Part shown: positions 29,675 through 40,123 of the stretch, one piece after another
Layout: every line of letters begins with the position of its first letter
Numbering within the stretch: the stretch's first letter is position 1
Notes under the pieces: model-generated
The model's database searches: none
What the model saw: only the letters and a program-made list of their open reading frames with translations
What the model was told of the DNA's origin: nothing
NCBI GenBank assembly: GCA_945902755.1
Contig: CAMDNC010000001.1
Location: 1 to 54,860, forward strand
Direction of reading: 5' to 3'
DNA length: 54,860 nt
Origin: Flavipsychrobacter stenotrophus
GTDB taxonomy: Bacteria; Bacteroidota; Bacteroidia; Chitinophagales; Chitinophagaceae
Program-made: the position numbers and the translations under genes

Positions 29675-30658
29675 ATGCGATCAATACCATTAAGACAAGC
29701 GCTAAGAGAAGCTATGGAAGAGGAAATGAGGCGCGATCCTCGTGTGTTTCTGATGGGCGAAGAAGTAGCGCAATATAACGGCGCATACAAGGTTAGCCAA
29801 GGAATGTTGGATGAGTTTGGCGCCCGTAGAGTTATAGATACTCCTATTGCTGAACTAGGTTTTACTGCCATAGCTGTAGGCGCAGCTATGAATAATACAC
29901 GCCCGATAGTGGAGTTTATGACCTGGAACTTTGCCGAGTTGGCAATTGACCAAATTGTAAACCATGCAGCAAAAACACTCTCAATGAGTGGAGGTCAGTT
30001 TACTTGCCCTATAGTTTTTCGTGGTCCTAACGGGTCTGCTGGTCAGTTGGGTGCACAGCACTCCCAAGCGTTTGAGAACTGGTATGCCAATGTTCCAGGA
30101 CTTAAAGTTATATCCACCATCAATCCATATGATGCAAAAGGTTTACTTAAGTCGGCAATTCGCGATGAAGATCCAGTTGTTTTTATGGAAAGTGAAAGCG
30201 CATACGGAGAAGTGGGTGATGTGCCAGAGGAAGAATACTTTGTACCAATTGGTAAGGCAGATGTAAAAAGAGCAGGTACTGACGTTACGATAGTATCTTA
30301 CAATAAAATGATGAAAGTTGCTTTGGCGGCAGCCGATGAGTTGGCTAAAGAAAACATTAGTGCAGAGGTAATAGATCTTCGCACTATTCGCCCTCTCGAC
30401 TGGCACACTATTGTAGAATCTGTAAAGAAAACAAACAGACTAGTAATTGTAGAAGAACAATGGCCATTTGCCAGCATATCTTCAGAAATTTCGTACCGCA
30501 TACAGAAGGAAGCTTTTGATTATTTAGATGCCCCAATTCGTCGCATATGCTCTGCTGATGCAAATATGCATTATGCGCCTAATCTAGTGGGATTATATTT
30601 GCCAGATGTTCCACGCACTGTGAAACTGGTGAAAGAAGTTATGTATATGGCAAAGTAG
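29675..30658 (+). CDS. pdhB: Pyruvate dehydrogenase E1 beta subunit
   Basis: [26 protein letters not shown] and [10 protein letters not shown]. Confidence 0.96.
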   Translation: MRSIPLRQALREAMEEEMRRDPRVFLMGEEVAQYNGAYKVSQGMLDEFGARRVIDTPIAELGFTAIAVGAAMNNTRPIVEFMTWNFAELAIDQIVNHAAKTLSMSGGQFTCPIVFRGPNGSAGQLGAQHSQAFENWYANVPGLKVISTINPYDAKGLLKSAIRDEDPVVFMESESAYGEVGDVPEEEYFVPIGKADVKRAGTDVTIVSYNKMMKVALAAADELAKENISAEVIDLRTIRPLDWHTIVESVKKTNRLVIVEEQWPFASISSEISYRIQKEAFDYLDAPIRRICSADANMHYAPNLVGLYLPDVPRTVKLVKEVMYMAK

Positions 30659-30683
30659 ATTAATTGTATTTGGGTTTTTTAAT

Positions 30684-30715
30684 AATGCCGATGTTCCATA
30701 CATCGGCATTTTTTT
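30684..30715 (+). terminator. pdhB terminator
   Basis: AATGCCGATG-7 nt-CATCGGCATT followed by a T run. Confidence 0.85.
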
Positions 30716-30815
30716 GTGTACAATATGTATATGGCGACAGGTATTTCAGTGAAATTCCTGAATAAAGCTATATTTTTGAGGTGGAATTCCTTGTGAATTG
30801 GGCTAATCGTGATTT

Positions 30816-32465
30816 ATGAATACACAACATCGTATTATCCGCTCACCACGCGGATCGCAGTTGACCTGCAAAAACTGGGTTGCCGAGGCAGCTTACAGAA
30901 TGATACAAAACAATTTGGACCCAGAAGTGGCTGAACGCCCGGAGGATTTGGTAGTGTATGGTGGAATAGGAAAGGCTGCCAGAAACTGGGAGAGTTTTGA
31001 TAAAATATTAGATTGCTTACGCAATCTGGAAGAGGATGAAACATTGCTGGTGCAGAGTGGAAAACCAGTAGGTGTGCTGCGCTCTCACAAAAATGCTCCT
31101 CGTGTGATAATAGCCAATAGTAATCTTGTGGGTCGCTGGGCAACCTGGGAACACTTCAGAGAGCTAGAAGCGAAAGGGCTAATGATGTATGGACAAATGA
31201 CAGCCGGTAGCTGGATATACATTGGCTCGCAGGGAATAGTACAAGGTACCTATGAAACATACCTTTCGCTGGCCAATAAGCATTATGGAGGATCGCTTAA
31301 AGGTACACTCAATGTAACTGCTGGATTAGGTGGTATGGGGGGCGCGCAGCCCTTGGCGATCACCATGAATGAAGGTGTTTGTTTAGCAGCTGAGATGGAG
31401 GAATGGAGAATACTGAAAAGAATAGAAACGAGATACCTAGACAAATGGTCCACAGATATAGACGAAGCAATAGATTGGGCTCTGGAGGCAAGAGCAAATG
31501 GCGAACGAGTATCAATCGGGGTTTGCTGCAACATTGTAGATCTACTGCAGCGCTTCATTGACCGAAATATTACGCCAGACACACTTACCGACCAGACGTC
31601 GGCTCATGATGAATTGATAGGCTATTTTCCAGAGGGAATGAGTGTAGCTGAGGCTAACACTTTGCGTGCTGCTAATCCGCACGAGTATGAAACCCGCTCG
31701 TTAGATACAATGGCAAAACACGTACGCTTGATGTTGGAATTGCAACAGCGCGGCGCTATAACCTTTGACTATGGCAATAACTTGCGTGGGCAAGCACATG
31801 ACAAACGTGGTGTGAAGAATGCTTTTAATTTCCCTGGTTTTGTGCCAGAGTATATCCGTCCGTTGTTTTGCGAAGGAAAAGGACCTTTCAGATGGGTAGC
31901 TCTTAGCGGAGATCCAGAAGATATCTATACTACCGACAAAGCGCTGATGGAGCTGTTTCCGAACAATGTAGGGCTACACCGCTGGCTCACTATGGCTCGT
32001 GAGCGAATTGCTTTCCAAGGGTTACCAGCTCGTATATGCTGGCTAGGGATGGGCGATCGTGAGAAAGCTGGATTACTATTCAATGACCTTGTGCGTACTG
32101 GCAAAGTAAAAGCACCCATCGTGATTGGTAGAGACCACTTAGATACTGGATCCGTAGCATCGCCCAATAGAGAGACTGAAGCAATGAAAGATGGCAGTGA
32201 TGCAGTAGCAGACTGGCCTATACTAAATGCGCTTATCAACACTGCTGGTGGTGCCAGTTGGGTATCATTTCATCATGGCGGCGGTGTAGGTATGGGGTAT
32301 TCCTTGCATGCAGGTATGGTAATTGTAGCAGATGGTACACAAGACGCTGAAGATAGGCTGCGAAGAGTGCTGCACAACGATCCCGCTATGGGCGTTATTC
32401 GTCATGCAGATGCTGGATATGAAGATGCAATTGCTACGGGAGATAAATTTGGGTTGAATTTATAA
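30816..32465 (+). CDS. hutU: Urocanate hydratase
   Basis: [31 protein letters not shown] and HHGGGVGMG. Confidence 0.98.
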   Translation: MNTQHRIIRSPRGSQLTCKNWVAEAAYRMIQNNLDPEVAERPEDLVVYGGIGKAARNWESFDKILDCLRNLEEDETLLVQSGKPVGVLRSHKNAPRVIIANSNLVGRWATWEHFRELEAKGLMMYGQMTAGSWIYIGSQGIVQGTYETYLSLANKHYGGSLKGTLNVTAGLGGMGGAQPLAITMNEGVCLAAEMEEWRILKRIETRYLDKWSTDIDEAIDWALEARANGERVSIGVCCNIVDLLQRFIDRNITPDTLTDQTSAHDELIGYFPEGMSVAEANTLRAANPHEYETRSLDTMAKHVRLMLELQQRGAITFDYGNNLRGQAHDKRGVKNAFNFPGFVPEYIRPLFCEGKGPFRWVALSGDPEDIYTTDKALMELFPNNVGLHRWLTMARERIAFQGLPARICWLGMGDREKAGLLFNDLVRTGKVKAPIVIGRDHLDTGSVASPNRETEAMKDGSDAVADWPILNALINTAGGASWVSFHHGGGVGMGYSLHAGMVIVADGTQDAEDRLRRVLHNDPAMGVIRHADAGYEDAIATGDKFGLNL

Positions 32466-32507
32466 TGCAGTACAGCCTTGTACCTGAACTAATAGATTGA
32501 GGTTATT

Positions 32508-34070
32508 ATGAAGAATATTGCGACTTTTTTATTGTTGTGTGTACAGTTTGCCGGCAATGCGAAAGCGCAATTTTCATATCATACCCTTTTGCAGCACAAT
32601 ATGCAAGAAGGTAGGAGTCTGCTTCTGAAGCAGCCAAACGAAATGTTGTTATTCACTACTTCATCGGTAGGTAAGTTTAATACTCGTCGTTTGTATCCCA
32701 ATGGTAATACAGACGATGCTTATAGGGGTAGTAGTTCGGCTGGAGAGCTATTCAGAAACTTATATAATTGTACTACATACAATACTGCCCTAGATAAGTG
32801 GGGACGTGTAATTATAGCTGGTGCATCTGCCACAGATAGTACATCGGCACAGATGGCAACAATGACACGGCTGACTACAAATGGTGATATTGACCAGAAT
32901 TTCGAACATCGTGTAGTGCAGTTGAAGATTGGGGATAGCAGCAGGTATAATGCAGTGTGGATGCAGCCCGATGAGAAGATGGTAATGGTAGGCTCTGTTT
33001 TTATTTCTGGTTTGTGGCATTTCTTTTTGTCTCGTCATTTGTACAATGGTGTACATGATACTACTTACGGGCACTCTGGTATTGTAGTAGATAATGATAT
33101 GCCTCATAACAGCATAGCTGTAGCAGGTATAGCACAGAACGACAATAAGTATATAGTAGCTGGCACCAACCACAACAATGATTATTGCCAAAGCATACTG
33201 GTAAGGTATCATGCCGATGGCAGTCGAGACCAATCGTTTGGTAAAGATGGCTTAGCAATGTTACATGCTGAAAAAAATAATTATTATTTGGTAAGGAAAG
33301 TACTGCTGCAACCTGATAAAAAAATACTAATGGCGGGTATATGCAGTGCAGAAAATGGTGGGCAGGATTTTTGTGTAGCTAGGTTCGATTCGTCTGGGGT
33401 TTTAGATCAAAGATTTGGCAATGCTGGTATAGTAGTAACAGACGTAACCTATAATGACAGGGCTGATGAAATGGTGCTAATGACCGATGGTAGAATAGTG
33501 GTTTCGGGAGCTGGGAATGGTAAAAAAGAGGCGAAATTTTGCCGATATGTACTATATAGGCTGATGCCTGATGGCAAGCTAGACACGAAGTATGGATACA
33601 ATGGTGTAAACGGAAAAAAGGGCTTGGATGCATATGTGATAAGAAAAGGGTATTCGGCATTGTCTAACAATATTTCACTTACATCTCACGACAATAGAAT
33701 AATAGGGTTTAATGAGCTTACAGTACCTGGGGGTACAGAAGTAGTACTTGTGTACACAGAGTTTATGCCAGATACACAAATCGGAATATTGGATTTGCCA
33801 CACAAAAAAACACAATACAATGTTTATCCCAATCCTTTAAGTACTTCTACAATTTTTTCCTTTGAGCTGATAGACGATCAGAAAGTAACCATAGTTTTGA
33901 TGGATATGACTGGTAAAGAGATAAAAAAGCTAACAGATAATAAAATGCTTGAAGAAGGAGAGCATGAAATTCAGGTGGAATTTCCGTCTTTTGCACAGCC
34001 GGGTAATTATTTGTTGCGGCTTGTTACAGATGGAGGATATAAAATATCAGTAATATTAACCAAAATTTAG
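32508..34070 (+). CDS. T9SS cargo with delta-60 (DUF5122-like) beta-propeller repeats
   Basis: Signal peptide. Repeated QPDxK(I/M)xxAG ... R(Y/F)xxDGxLDxxFG units. CTD VYPNP...DMTGK...PGNYLLRL. Confidence 0.85.
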   Translation: MKNIATFLLLCVQFAGNAKAQFSYHTLLQHNMQEGRSLLLKQPNEMLLFTTSSVGKFNTRRLYPNGNTDDAYRGSSSAGELFRNLYNCTTYNTALDKWGRVIIAGASATDSTSAQMATMTRLTTNGDIDQNFEHRVVQLKIGDSSRYNAVWMQPDEKMVMVGSVFISGLWHFFLSRHLYNGVHDTTYGHSGIVVDNDMPHNSIAVAGIAQNDNKYIVAGTNHNNDYCQSILVRYHADGSRDQSFGKDGLAMLHAEKNNYYLVRKVLLQPDKKILMAGICSAENGGQDFCVARFDSSGVLDQRFGNAGIVVTDVTYNDRADEMVLMTDGRIVVSGAGNGKKEAKFCRYVLYRLMPDGKLDTKYGYNGVNGKKGLDAYVIRKGYSALSNNISLTSHDNRIIGFNELTVPGGTEVVLVYTEFMPDTQIGILDLPHKKTQYNVYPNPLSTSTIFSFELIDDQKVTIVLMDMTGKEIKKLTDNKMLEEGEHEIQVEFPSFAQPGNYLLRLVTDGGYKISVILTKI

Positions 34071-34079
34071 TTTCAGAGT

Positions 34080-34559
34080 ATGTATAGAATAGGGCAGGGT
34101 ATAGATTTTCATAAGTTGGTAGAGGGTAGAGATTTTTGGTTAGGTGGTATTCATATACCCCATCATAAAGGAGCATTGGGGCACTCTGATGCCGATGTGT
34201 TGTTGCATGCTATTTGCGATGCGCTGCTAGGTGCACTCAGTATGGGTGATATAGGGCAGCATTTCCCCGATACCAATGCTGCATATAAAGGCATTGATAG
34301 CAAATTGTTACTTAAGAAATCGTACCAATTGGTAACGGAAAGAGGATATAAACTGGTAAATGTTGATAGTACCATATTGCTACAAGCCCCGAAAATAAGA
34401 AAGTATGTAGACGATATGCGTGCTGCAATCGCAACGGTACTCGAAATAGAAATTGATGATGTATCTATCAAGGCTACTACCACTGAGCAACTGAGTTTCA
34501 TAGGACGCGAAGAAGGTATAGTAGCCACTGCCAACATACTATTGCAAAAAGTCGTCTAG
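34080..34559 (+). CDS. ispF: 2-C-methyl-D-erythritol 2,4-cyclodiphosphate synthase
   Basis: RIGQGIDFH, GHSDADV, DIGQHFPD and KATTTE. Confidence 0.97.
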   Translation: MYRIGQGIDFHKLVEGRDFWLGGIHIPHHKGALGHSDADVLLHAICDALLGALSMGDIGQHFPDTNAAYKGIDSKLLLKKSYQLVTERGYKLVNVDSTILLQAPKIRKYVDDMRAAIATVLEIEIDDVSIKATTTEQLSFIGREEGIVATANILLQKVV

Positions 34560-34711
34560 TGGCAAAGCGTGTCTTTTATCTATTTTTAATGATAGGAGTT
34601 GAAGGCTGTTTTTTCATATTGTAGATTGCTTTTCATTTTCAGACAGTTTTTTACTAACTTGGCTGCTGATTGTTTTATTCAAACACTTATTATTCGTAAT
34701 ACTGCTATATT

Positions 34712-35674
34712 ATGTCATTACTGAGGAATTTAAACGCCCTGAAATTTACTTCCATACTCCTAGCTGGTACTGTTGCATTTGCGCCAGTAGTGGCTCAGAA
34801 AGATTGCAAAAATCAATACCCATGTGGCGACTGTGCAGTATATGACAATAACGGTAATGACCTTTCGGGGTTTATTAAAGCATACAAAAATCAGATGGAA
34901 GCATCTGGTACAAAGGTGCTGGAAGCATCGCAGGACCAATGGGGATATATGTTGGTGAGAACCGCCAATGTACCATCTGTTAGCAGTAAGTGGGAAACAA
35001 AAGGTAGGCTGAACTATGCAGCATATATAAGGGCCACACTTGTTATGAATAAAACAAAGACAGGTGCACAGTCTTCATGGTGGGGTAGGGAATGCAATAT
35101 GGATAACGGTCCGTTGGTACAAGTAAAAGCCAATGATGAAGATAAAACAGGGTTAGATTTCTTGCGTTATGATAAAATGATGGGTAATATGGAGCCCAAA
35201 AAAATAACGATGGTTGAATATTTAGATACATTCAATATGCGAGATTATGATTATCTACTTAAAAATCACATCGTTGCAAAGTTGGGTGCTATACATCATG
35301 ATGACTATAAAGATGTAGTTAGTTTTTACAATGGATTTCTAGGCAAGTTTAGTTATACTGATGATCCAGTGTTAACTAAGATGTCTTTTATTACATTTTT
35401 CAAGGGAACTAGCAATAGACAATATGTTGCTTATTTCAATGTCGTAAATTCAAAATTATCCGGTAGTTTGGCTGCTTTGGATATACAGTACGAGCGCGAC
35501 CGTGATACAGTTGTAAAGCATACCTTCAAGAAGTTGACTGGTAAAACTGTTTACATATATGGAGATGATAGTTTTGGGCTTGACAAGACTATTATAGTAT
35601 ATGCTAAGAAAAACGACCTGAAGCTAAGACGCAGAAAAACTGACGTAACTACCCGATTTAATGATGAGCGTTAA
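34712..35674 (+). CDS. Hypothetical exported protein
   Basis: 320-aa ORF with a signal peptide (VVA-Q). No family recognised. Confidence 0.7.
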   Translation: MSLLRNLNALKFTSILLAGTVAFAPVVAQKDCKNQYPCGDCAVYDNNGNDLSGFIKAYKNQMEASGTKVLEASQDQWGYMLVRTANVPSVSSKWETKGRLNYAAYIRATLVMNKTKTGAQSSWWGRECNMDNGPLVQVKANDEDKTGLDFLRYDKMMGNMEPKKITMVEYLDTFNMRDYDYLLKNHIVAKLGAIHHDDYKDVVSFYNGFLGKFSYTDDPVLTKMSFITFFKGTSNRQYVAYFNVVNSKLSGSLAALDIQYERDRDTVVKHTFKKLTGKTVYIYGDDSFGLDKTIIVYAKKNDLKLRRRKTDVTTRFNDER

Positions 35675-35682
35675 TGATGTTT

Positions 35683-36150
35683 TTATTTTTTCTTCGAAAT
35701 TTTCTTGTAGTAATATCTCGTTGTTTCATAGTTGTTGCATGTCCCTATTATTAAAGTATCTCTCATAAAGTTTACACAACTAAGAGAGTCTTGGTTGTAT
35801 ACCAACTGATAGTCCGCACAATATTGTACTACTCTGTACATCCTGAAAAAGTCAGTATGCGTTGGTTTGTCATTAGTGAAGTATGCTGCTTCAGTACAGT
35901 TTTTTATTAATAATTCTTCTCCTTTTGGTGGGGTACGGCTTTTGCCATCTGTCTTTATGTTCACCAGTTTCCATTTGCCATTAATGCCAGTTTCGTCGCA
36001 GTCATTAGCTGTTATTGCAACATAGCCACTGGGAGCCTGCTCTTCTACCAAAGTTGGTTTTCGGCTATTTCCTTCTACACAACTTGTTGCCAACATTATA
36101 ACTAATGATAACACACCTGTAGCTGACCGTAAAGTTTGGAGAGGAGTCAT
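35683..36150 (-). CDS. Hypothetical lipoprotein (lipocalin-like motif)
   Basis: Lipobox LATSC, INGKWKLV motif and several Cys. Confidence 0.7.
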   Translation of the reverse strand: MTPLQTLRSATGVLSLVIMLATSCVEGNSRKPTLVEEQAPSGYVAITANDCDETGINGKWKLVNIKTDGKSRTPPKGEELLIKNCTEAAYFTNDKPTHTDFFRMYRVVQYCADYQLVYNQDSLSCVNFMRDTLIIGTCNNYETTRYYYKKISKKK

Positions 36151-36176
36151 CTTGTAATATTATGGAAAATAGGTGG

Positions 36177-37724
36177 TTAATTCTGATTTATGTTTTGCTT
36201 ACTTATAATTTTATAGTTTATTCCATCACCTATCATCAAAGTATCCACTTGTGCAGGTAGTCTATCAATAAAGAATCGTATGTTGTTTGTATCGTCTATT
36301 GCATACACCAAGCCGCTTTTGCCCACCTTATATCCCGGAAATGCCATCAATACCCAATCCCCTGGTACAAAGTTATCGAACGGATAGTTTATCGTTTTAT
36401 CATAAGGATATGCCACACCCGATGTTATGAGTATAGGTATGCTTCTTTGGTTTACCTTACTTAGTGCTTTTTCTGTCGCTTCGTAAATTTGCATTCTGTG
36501 CGAGTATTTACCGTCAGTAAAACATGCGGCAACGGTACTGTATACATTTCCTATTGGCCCAGCAAATAATATGAAGAATGTAACTTTTATTGCCTTGTTA
36601 TATTTTCCGATTTTTCTCAGGTCTATCAGCATCGTTACAAGCATAACAGATATGGCAGGAATGGCAAAAGCATTTAACCTTGGCTCTCCCATTGGTAGAA
36701 TTCCCATGGCGTTTAGTAGCATTATAATAAAAATTAATATAACACTGTACAATAAAACACCTTCTTGCAAATTGATTTTTCCATTTCTCAAAAAATAGAA
36801 GCATTTTCGAATGCTGTAGATAAAAGCGATTGTACACAATGTGCCATACAATATCCAATATAGTAATCCCGCACCAGCTTGAGCAAAAAGGTGAAAAATA
36901 TGCTCAGTAAACTCCTTGAATGAAAAACCATTTTTCATCATCAGGTGCCCCCAATAGTTTTTCATTTCATTGTCTGTAGAAAGTTGTGCAATGTCAACTA
37001 GATAAAACACAGTAGAGCTGAAGGTGACTAAAAACAATGGCAGCCATTGAAATAGTGTGTTTCGTAAACCATTTGTCGCTAAAGTATTTGTTTTCCGGCT
37101 TACTACGTTACTAATAACTATAATAGCATAAACAGGCAGTATCGCAATAACGTACGTATAACTAAAAAATGGTACAATGAGCATTGTAGTGCACACCGAA
37201 AAATAACCCAAATCTTGTTTAATTTCTTGCTTTTTACCAAGTTTTATTAGCCATATCAGTTGCCATATCGTAACAGTACTCATTAATAGGTCCATTGTAT
37301 ATTGCTTAGTCTCTACAAAATACTCGGTAAATGTGCCGCTAGACACCAACATTACGATCATCAAGTACCTAAAATAGTTTTGGGTCGAAAACAATATCGC
37401 AGACAATTGGTAAATACTTACCATGGTTGCTACACCTATCACATATGCTGGCAGGCGTAGCGATGTGTAGCTATAGTCAAATTGTCGGGTAAATAGCTTC
37501 AATCCAGTTAAGTATGTTCTCGGAAACTGTTGCATGTAAGCAAGTTTTCCCCACAATTCAACAACTGATTTAGTTTTGAGGTTATAAATGATTCGCCATT
37601 CATCTATCCAAAAAGGGCGCACCTCCGCAAATACTGATATCCCCCCCCACAATACCATTACCATCAGGGTAACCAAGGTAATGGCCTTTACAATTTTTTC
37701 AGGATTATTTGTCTTTATCTTCAT
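36177..37724 (-). CDS. Polytopic membrane protein, GT-C (GT39/ArnT/PMT_2-like) glycosyltransferase candidate
   Basis: RPFWIDE motif after TM1, SLRLP, E-x-KQY and more than 10 hydrophobic segments. Confidence 0.7.
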   Translation of the reverse strand: MKIKTNNPEKIVKAITLVTLMVMVLWGGISVFAEVRPFWIDEWRIIYNLKTKSVVELWGKLAYMQQFPRTYLTGLKLFTRQFDYSYTSLRLPAYVIGVATMVSIYQLSAILFSTQNYFRYLMIVMLVSSGTFTEYFVETKQYTMDLLMSTVTIWQLIWLIKLGKKQEIKQDLGYFSVCTTMLIVPFFSYTYVIAILPVYAIIVISNVVSRKTNTLATNGLRNTLFQWLPLFLVTFSSTVFYLVDIAQLSTDNEMKNYWGHLMMKNGFSFKEFTEHIFHLFAQAGAGLLYWILYGTLCTIAFIYSIRKCFYFLRNGKINLQEGVLLYSVILIFIIMLLNAMGILPMGEPRLNAFAIPAISVMLVTMLIDLRKIGKYNKAIKVTFFILFAGPIGNVYSTVAACFTDGKYSHRMQIYEATEKALSKVNQRSIPILITSGVAYPYDKTINYPFDNFVPGDWVLMAFPGYKVGKSGLVYAIDDTNNIRFFIDRLPAQVDTLMIGDGINYKIISKQNINQN

Positions 37725-37809
37725 TCAGTTGTTATCGCTCAGTACCCCATTTTTATCACCAATAGGAAGTAAATGCTCTAAGATAATTTAATAACTGAAA
37801 GAAGTCAAT

Positions 37810-37842
37810 AAAAAAGCCCGTTTAGTTTGTACCAAACGGGCT
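37810..37842 (-). terminator. Terminator after the porin-family genes
   Basis: AAAAAAGCCCGTTT-10 nt-AAACGGGCT. Confidence 0.8.
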
Positions 37843-37862
37843 AATAAAAATAGGAGTATCTA

Positions 37863-38462
37863 TTATAAATCTACCAACCTATAACCTACAGTCAATTGAA
37901 TACCCGTATTTATCCAGTTCGCAGCGGGCTTAGTATTGTTTGCATTCATTAAGCTATGGGTAAGTCTCAGACCTGCGTTCAGATGCAATGGCAAATCTAA
38001 CTCCACTCCTAAACATCCCATAAAATCTACATTATTATAATCGTTCTTAACTGTCACTCCATTTCCTCTTTCAGCACGAACCAATGCCGATAGAACCGGA
38101 CCACCATGAAGATGCACCCTGTTGAAAACGATATATTCAAACAGGATAGGAAAATCAATATACCTTGTTCTTACATGTCTATAACCTACATTGTACTGGT
38201 ATAGTCTAGTGGTTTTTAACAGAGCCTCCATTCTAATTCCTGAATTTCTACCAGTGACACTAAGAAATATACCACCCACAATACCTGGTTTAAAATCGTT
38301 GTCATATCTGGTATCTCCCGCCAGTCTATTCATATTTAGTCCGCCTTTTGCACCGAAGGATGCAGATGGCATTACTTTCTTTTTCACCCCAGGATCTGCC
38401 ATTACAACCAAAGGCAATAAAATAGTTGCTAACAGTAAAGTTGATAATAGATTAAATTTCAT
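37863..38462 (-). CDS. Porin family outer-membrane beta-barrel (OMP_b-brl_2/PorT-like)
   Basis: FGAKGGLN, YIDFPIL, GGPVLSAL and terminal QLTVGYRL. ATG 38462 is preferred and has a TATATTTG -7 box at 38484-38491. Confidence 0.85.
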   Translation of the reverse strand: MKFNLLSTLLLATILLPLVVMADPGVKKKVMPSASFGAKGGLNMNRLAGDTRYDNDFKPGIVGGIFLSVTGRNSGIRMEALLKTTRLYQYNVGYRHVRTRYIDFPILFEYIVFNRVHLHGGPVLSALVRAERGNGVTVKNDYNNVDFMGCLGVELDLPLHLNAGLRLTHSLMNANNTKPAANWINTGIQLTVGYRLVDL

Positions 38463-38520
38463 AATGAGCTTTATCTTTTGTTGCAAATATAACCACAAAC
38501 TGCTAGTTTCATATAGATAC

Positions 38521-39162
38521 TTACAGTATTTTATAACTAACACTAACTTGTATTCCAGTGCTGGTCCATGTTGTAGGTACCAGATAATAGGTACTGTTGT
38601 TGATGTCTGTAATTCCTTTCGTCAATCTTGCTCCCATCATTACATGTTTATTGTAAAAGTATTCTACACCGGCAATTATCGCAATTTCAGTTTTTTTCAG
38701 AAACTTATCTTCGCCATATATTTTTGTAAATGCATTGTTGTTGTCATTCATAGATATATTATATGCATATTGTCCACCAGCTACGACTTGTAGTTTTTCA
38801 GTAAGAACGTACTCAACCATTACTGGAGCGTAAAGGGAGATTGCCTGAAACTCACCCTTACTTAGGGTATCCTGACCCGGACTCGGTAGAGAGTAGTAAG
38901 ACGCAGGAAACTTAGTGGTATAGGTGTTAAAACCTCCCAGTACCTCAATTCTTAATCCAAAACGCTCAATGTTTTTTCTTACATACATTCCCGCAATAAT
39001 ACCGGGTCCTGTTTTTACGGGTGCTTTGGATAAGGTCTGGAAGTTGCCGCCAAGTTTAAATCCCGCTTGTACAAATGGTACCATACCACCCATTACCTGT
39101 GCCGAAACGGTAGTGGTTGCAAAAAAGCTGGTTACAAACAATATGGATAATATGCGCTTCAT
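38521..39162 (-). CDS. Porin family outer-membrane beta-barrel paralog
   Basis: Signal peptide, AGFKLGGN and terminal IQVSVSYKIL. Confidence 0.82.
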   Translation of the reverse strand: MKRILSILFVTSFFATTTVSAQVMGGMVPFVQAGFKLGGNFQTLSKAPVKTGPGIIAGMYVRKNIERFGLRIEVLGGFNTYTTKFPASYYSLPSPGQDTLSKGEFQAISLYAPVMVEYVLTEKLQVVAGGQYAYNISMNDNNNAFTKIYGEDKFLKKTEIAIIAGVEYFYNKHVMMGARLTKGITDINNSTYYLVPTTWTSTGIQVSVSYKIL

Positions 39163-39277
39163 GATAACTTAAACTAGTTTTTGATAATTGACTAAATAGC
39201 AAATACTATAACTGCAACTATTTTGAAATACTAAACGACGGCGTCTATGGTGAATAGATATAAATGAACATTACAAC

Positions 39278-39309
39278 AAAAAAAACCGTGAACATTTACC
39301 TGCTCACGG
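39278..39309 (-). terminator. Terminator after the porin gene at 39333
   Basis: The minus-strand RNA reads CCGUGAGCA-6 nt-UGUUCACGG-U8. Confidence 0.75.
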
Positions 39310-39332
39310 ATGTTTAAATACCTATTTTAATA

Positions 39333-39932
39333 TTAGTTCATAAAGCGATAACCTATAGAAAACTGCAGCGATCTGCTCTTTAGTTCACCTCCTACAGTTC
39401 CTCCATTTAAGTCGCTGAAGCCATATATATACCTTGCTCCTACCGTCAATTTCAGTGGCAATGCAGCTTCTATTCCTATTACAGCCGATACATCACTCGT
39501 GTTAAATGCGCTTTTTACATCTACATCATTCGTGTTTTTAGCAGATAACATACTACTAAATTGTGGACCTGCCTGTATCCAAAGTCTTGGTACTATTTTA
39601 TATTCTAGCAGCAACGGTACGTCTACATATACAGCATTTACTTTCATGTTGGTATTATAAATAGAATATTTGGCTGTTTTCAGTAGTCCTTCTACTCTGA
39701 TACCTACTTTTTTCCTGTCAACGCTTACAAATGCACCGCCTACAATACCTGATTTGTATTTTGCCTCATATTGATTGCCATCAAGCTTTTGCATATTCAT
39801 ACCTAATTTCACACCTATGGTTACTTTTGGTACTACTTTACTAGCTACTTTTTTTACACCCAGTTGCGCATTGGCTGTTGCTGCAGTAAGTAGAGTAGCT
39901 GCACACATTGTACTAAATACGAAGTGTTTCAT
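39333..39932 (-). CDS. Porin family outer-membrane beta-barrel paralog
   Basis: IGVKLGMN, YVDVPLL, AGPQFS, GARYIYG and QFSIGYRF. ATG 39932 has a TATCTTTG -7 box at 39950-39957. Confidence 0.88.
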   Translation of the reverse strand: MKHFVFSTMCAATLLTAATANAQLGVKKVASKVVPKVTIGVKLGMNMQKLDGNQYEAKYKSGIVGGAFVSVDRKKVGIRVEGLLKTAKYSIYNTNMKVNAVYVDVPLLLEYKIVPRLWIQAGPQFSSMLSAKNTNDVDVKSAFNTSDVSAVIGIEAALPLKLTVGARYIYGFSDLNGGTVGGELKSRSLQFSIGYRFMN

Positions 39933-40123
39933 TTGCTGTGATTTTTTTGCAAAGATAAACCACATTTTTAATAGCCTTCTAAGATTCTTGAAATATTATC
40001 CTTAACAATTTATGAATTGAATCGTAATTTATGAACCATCTGCTTTTTATGAATTGCTCAGTACTGCCCCGATTTACTTAATGCGCAATCTATCACTATC
40101 TTTACCACTACAATAGTACCAGA

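Noticed and set aside
39966-40123. SAM riboswitch upstream of the trans-sulfuration enzyme
   Set aside because: No recognisable SAM-I or SAM-II consensus in the short AT-rich gap.
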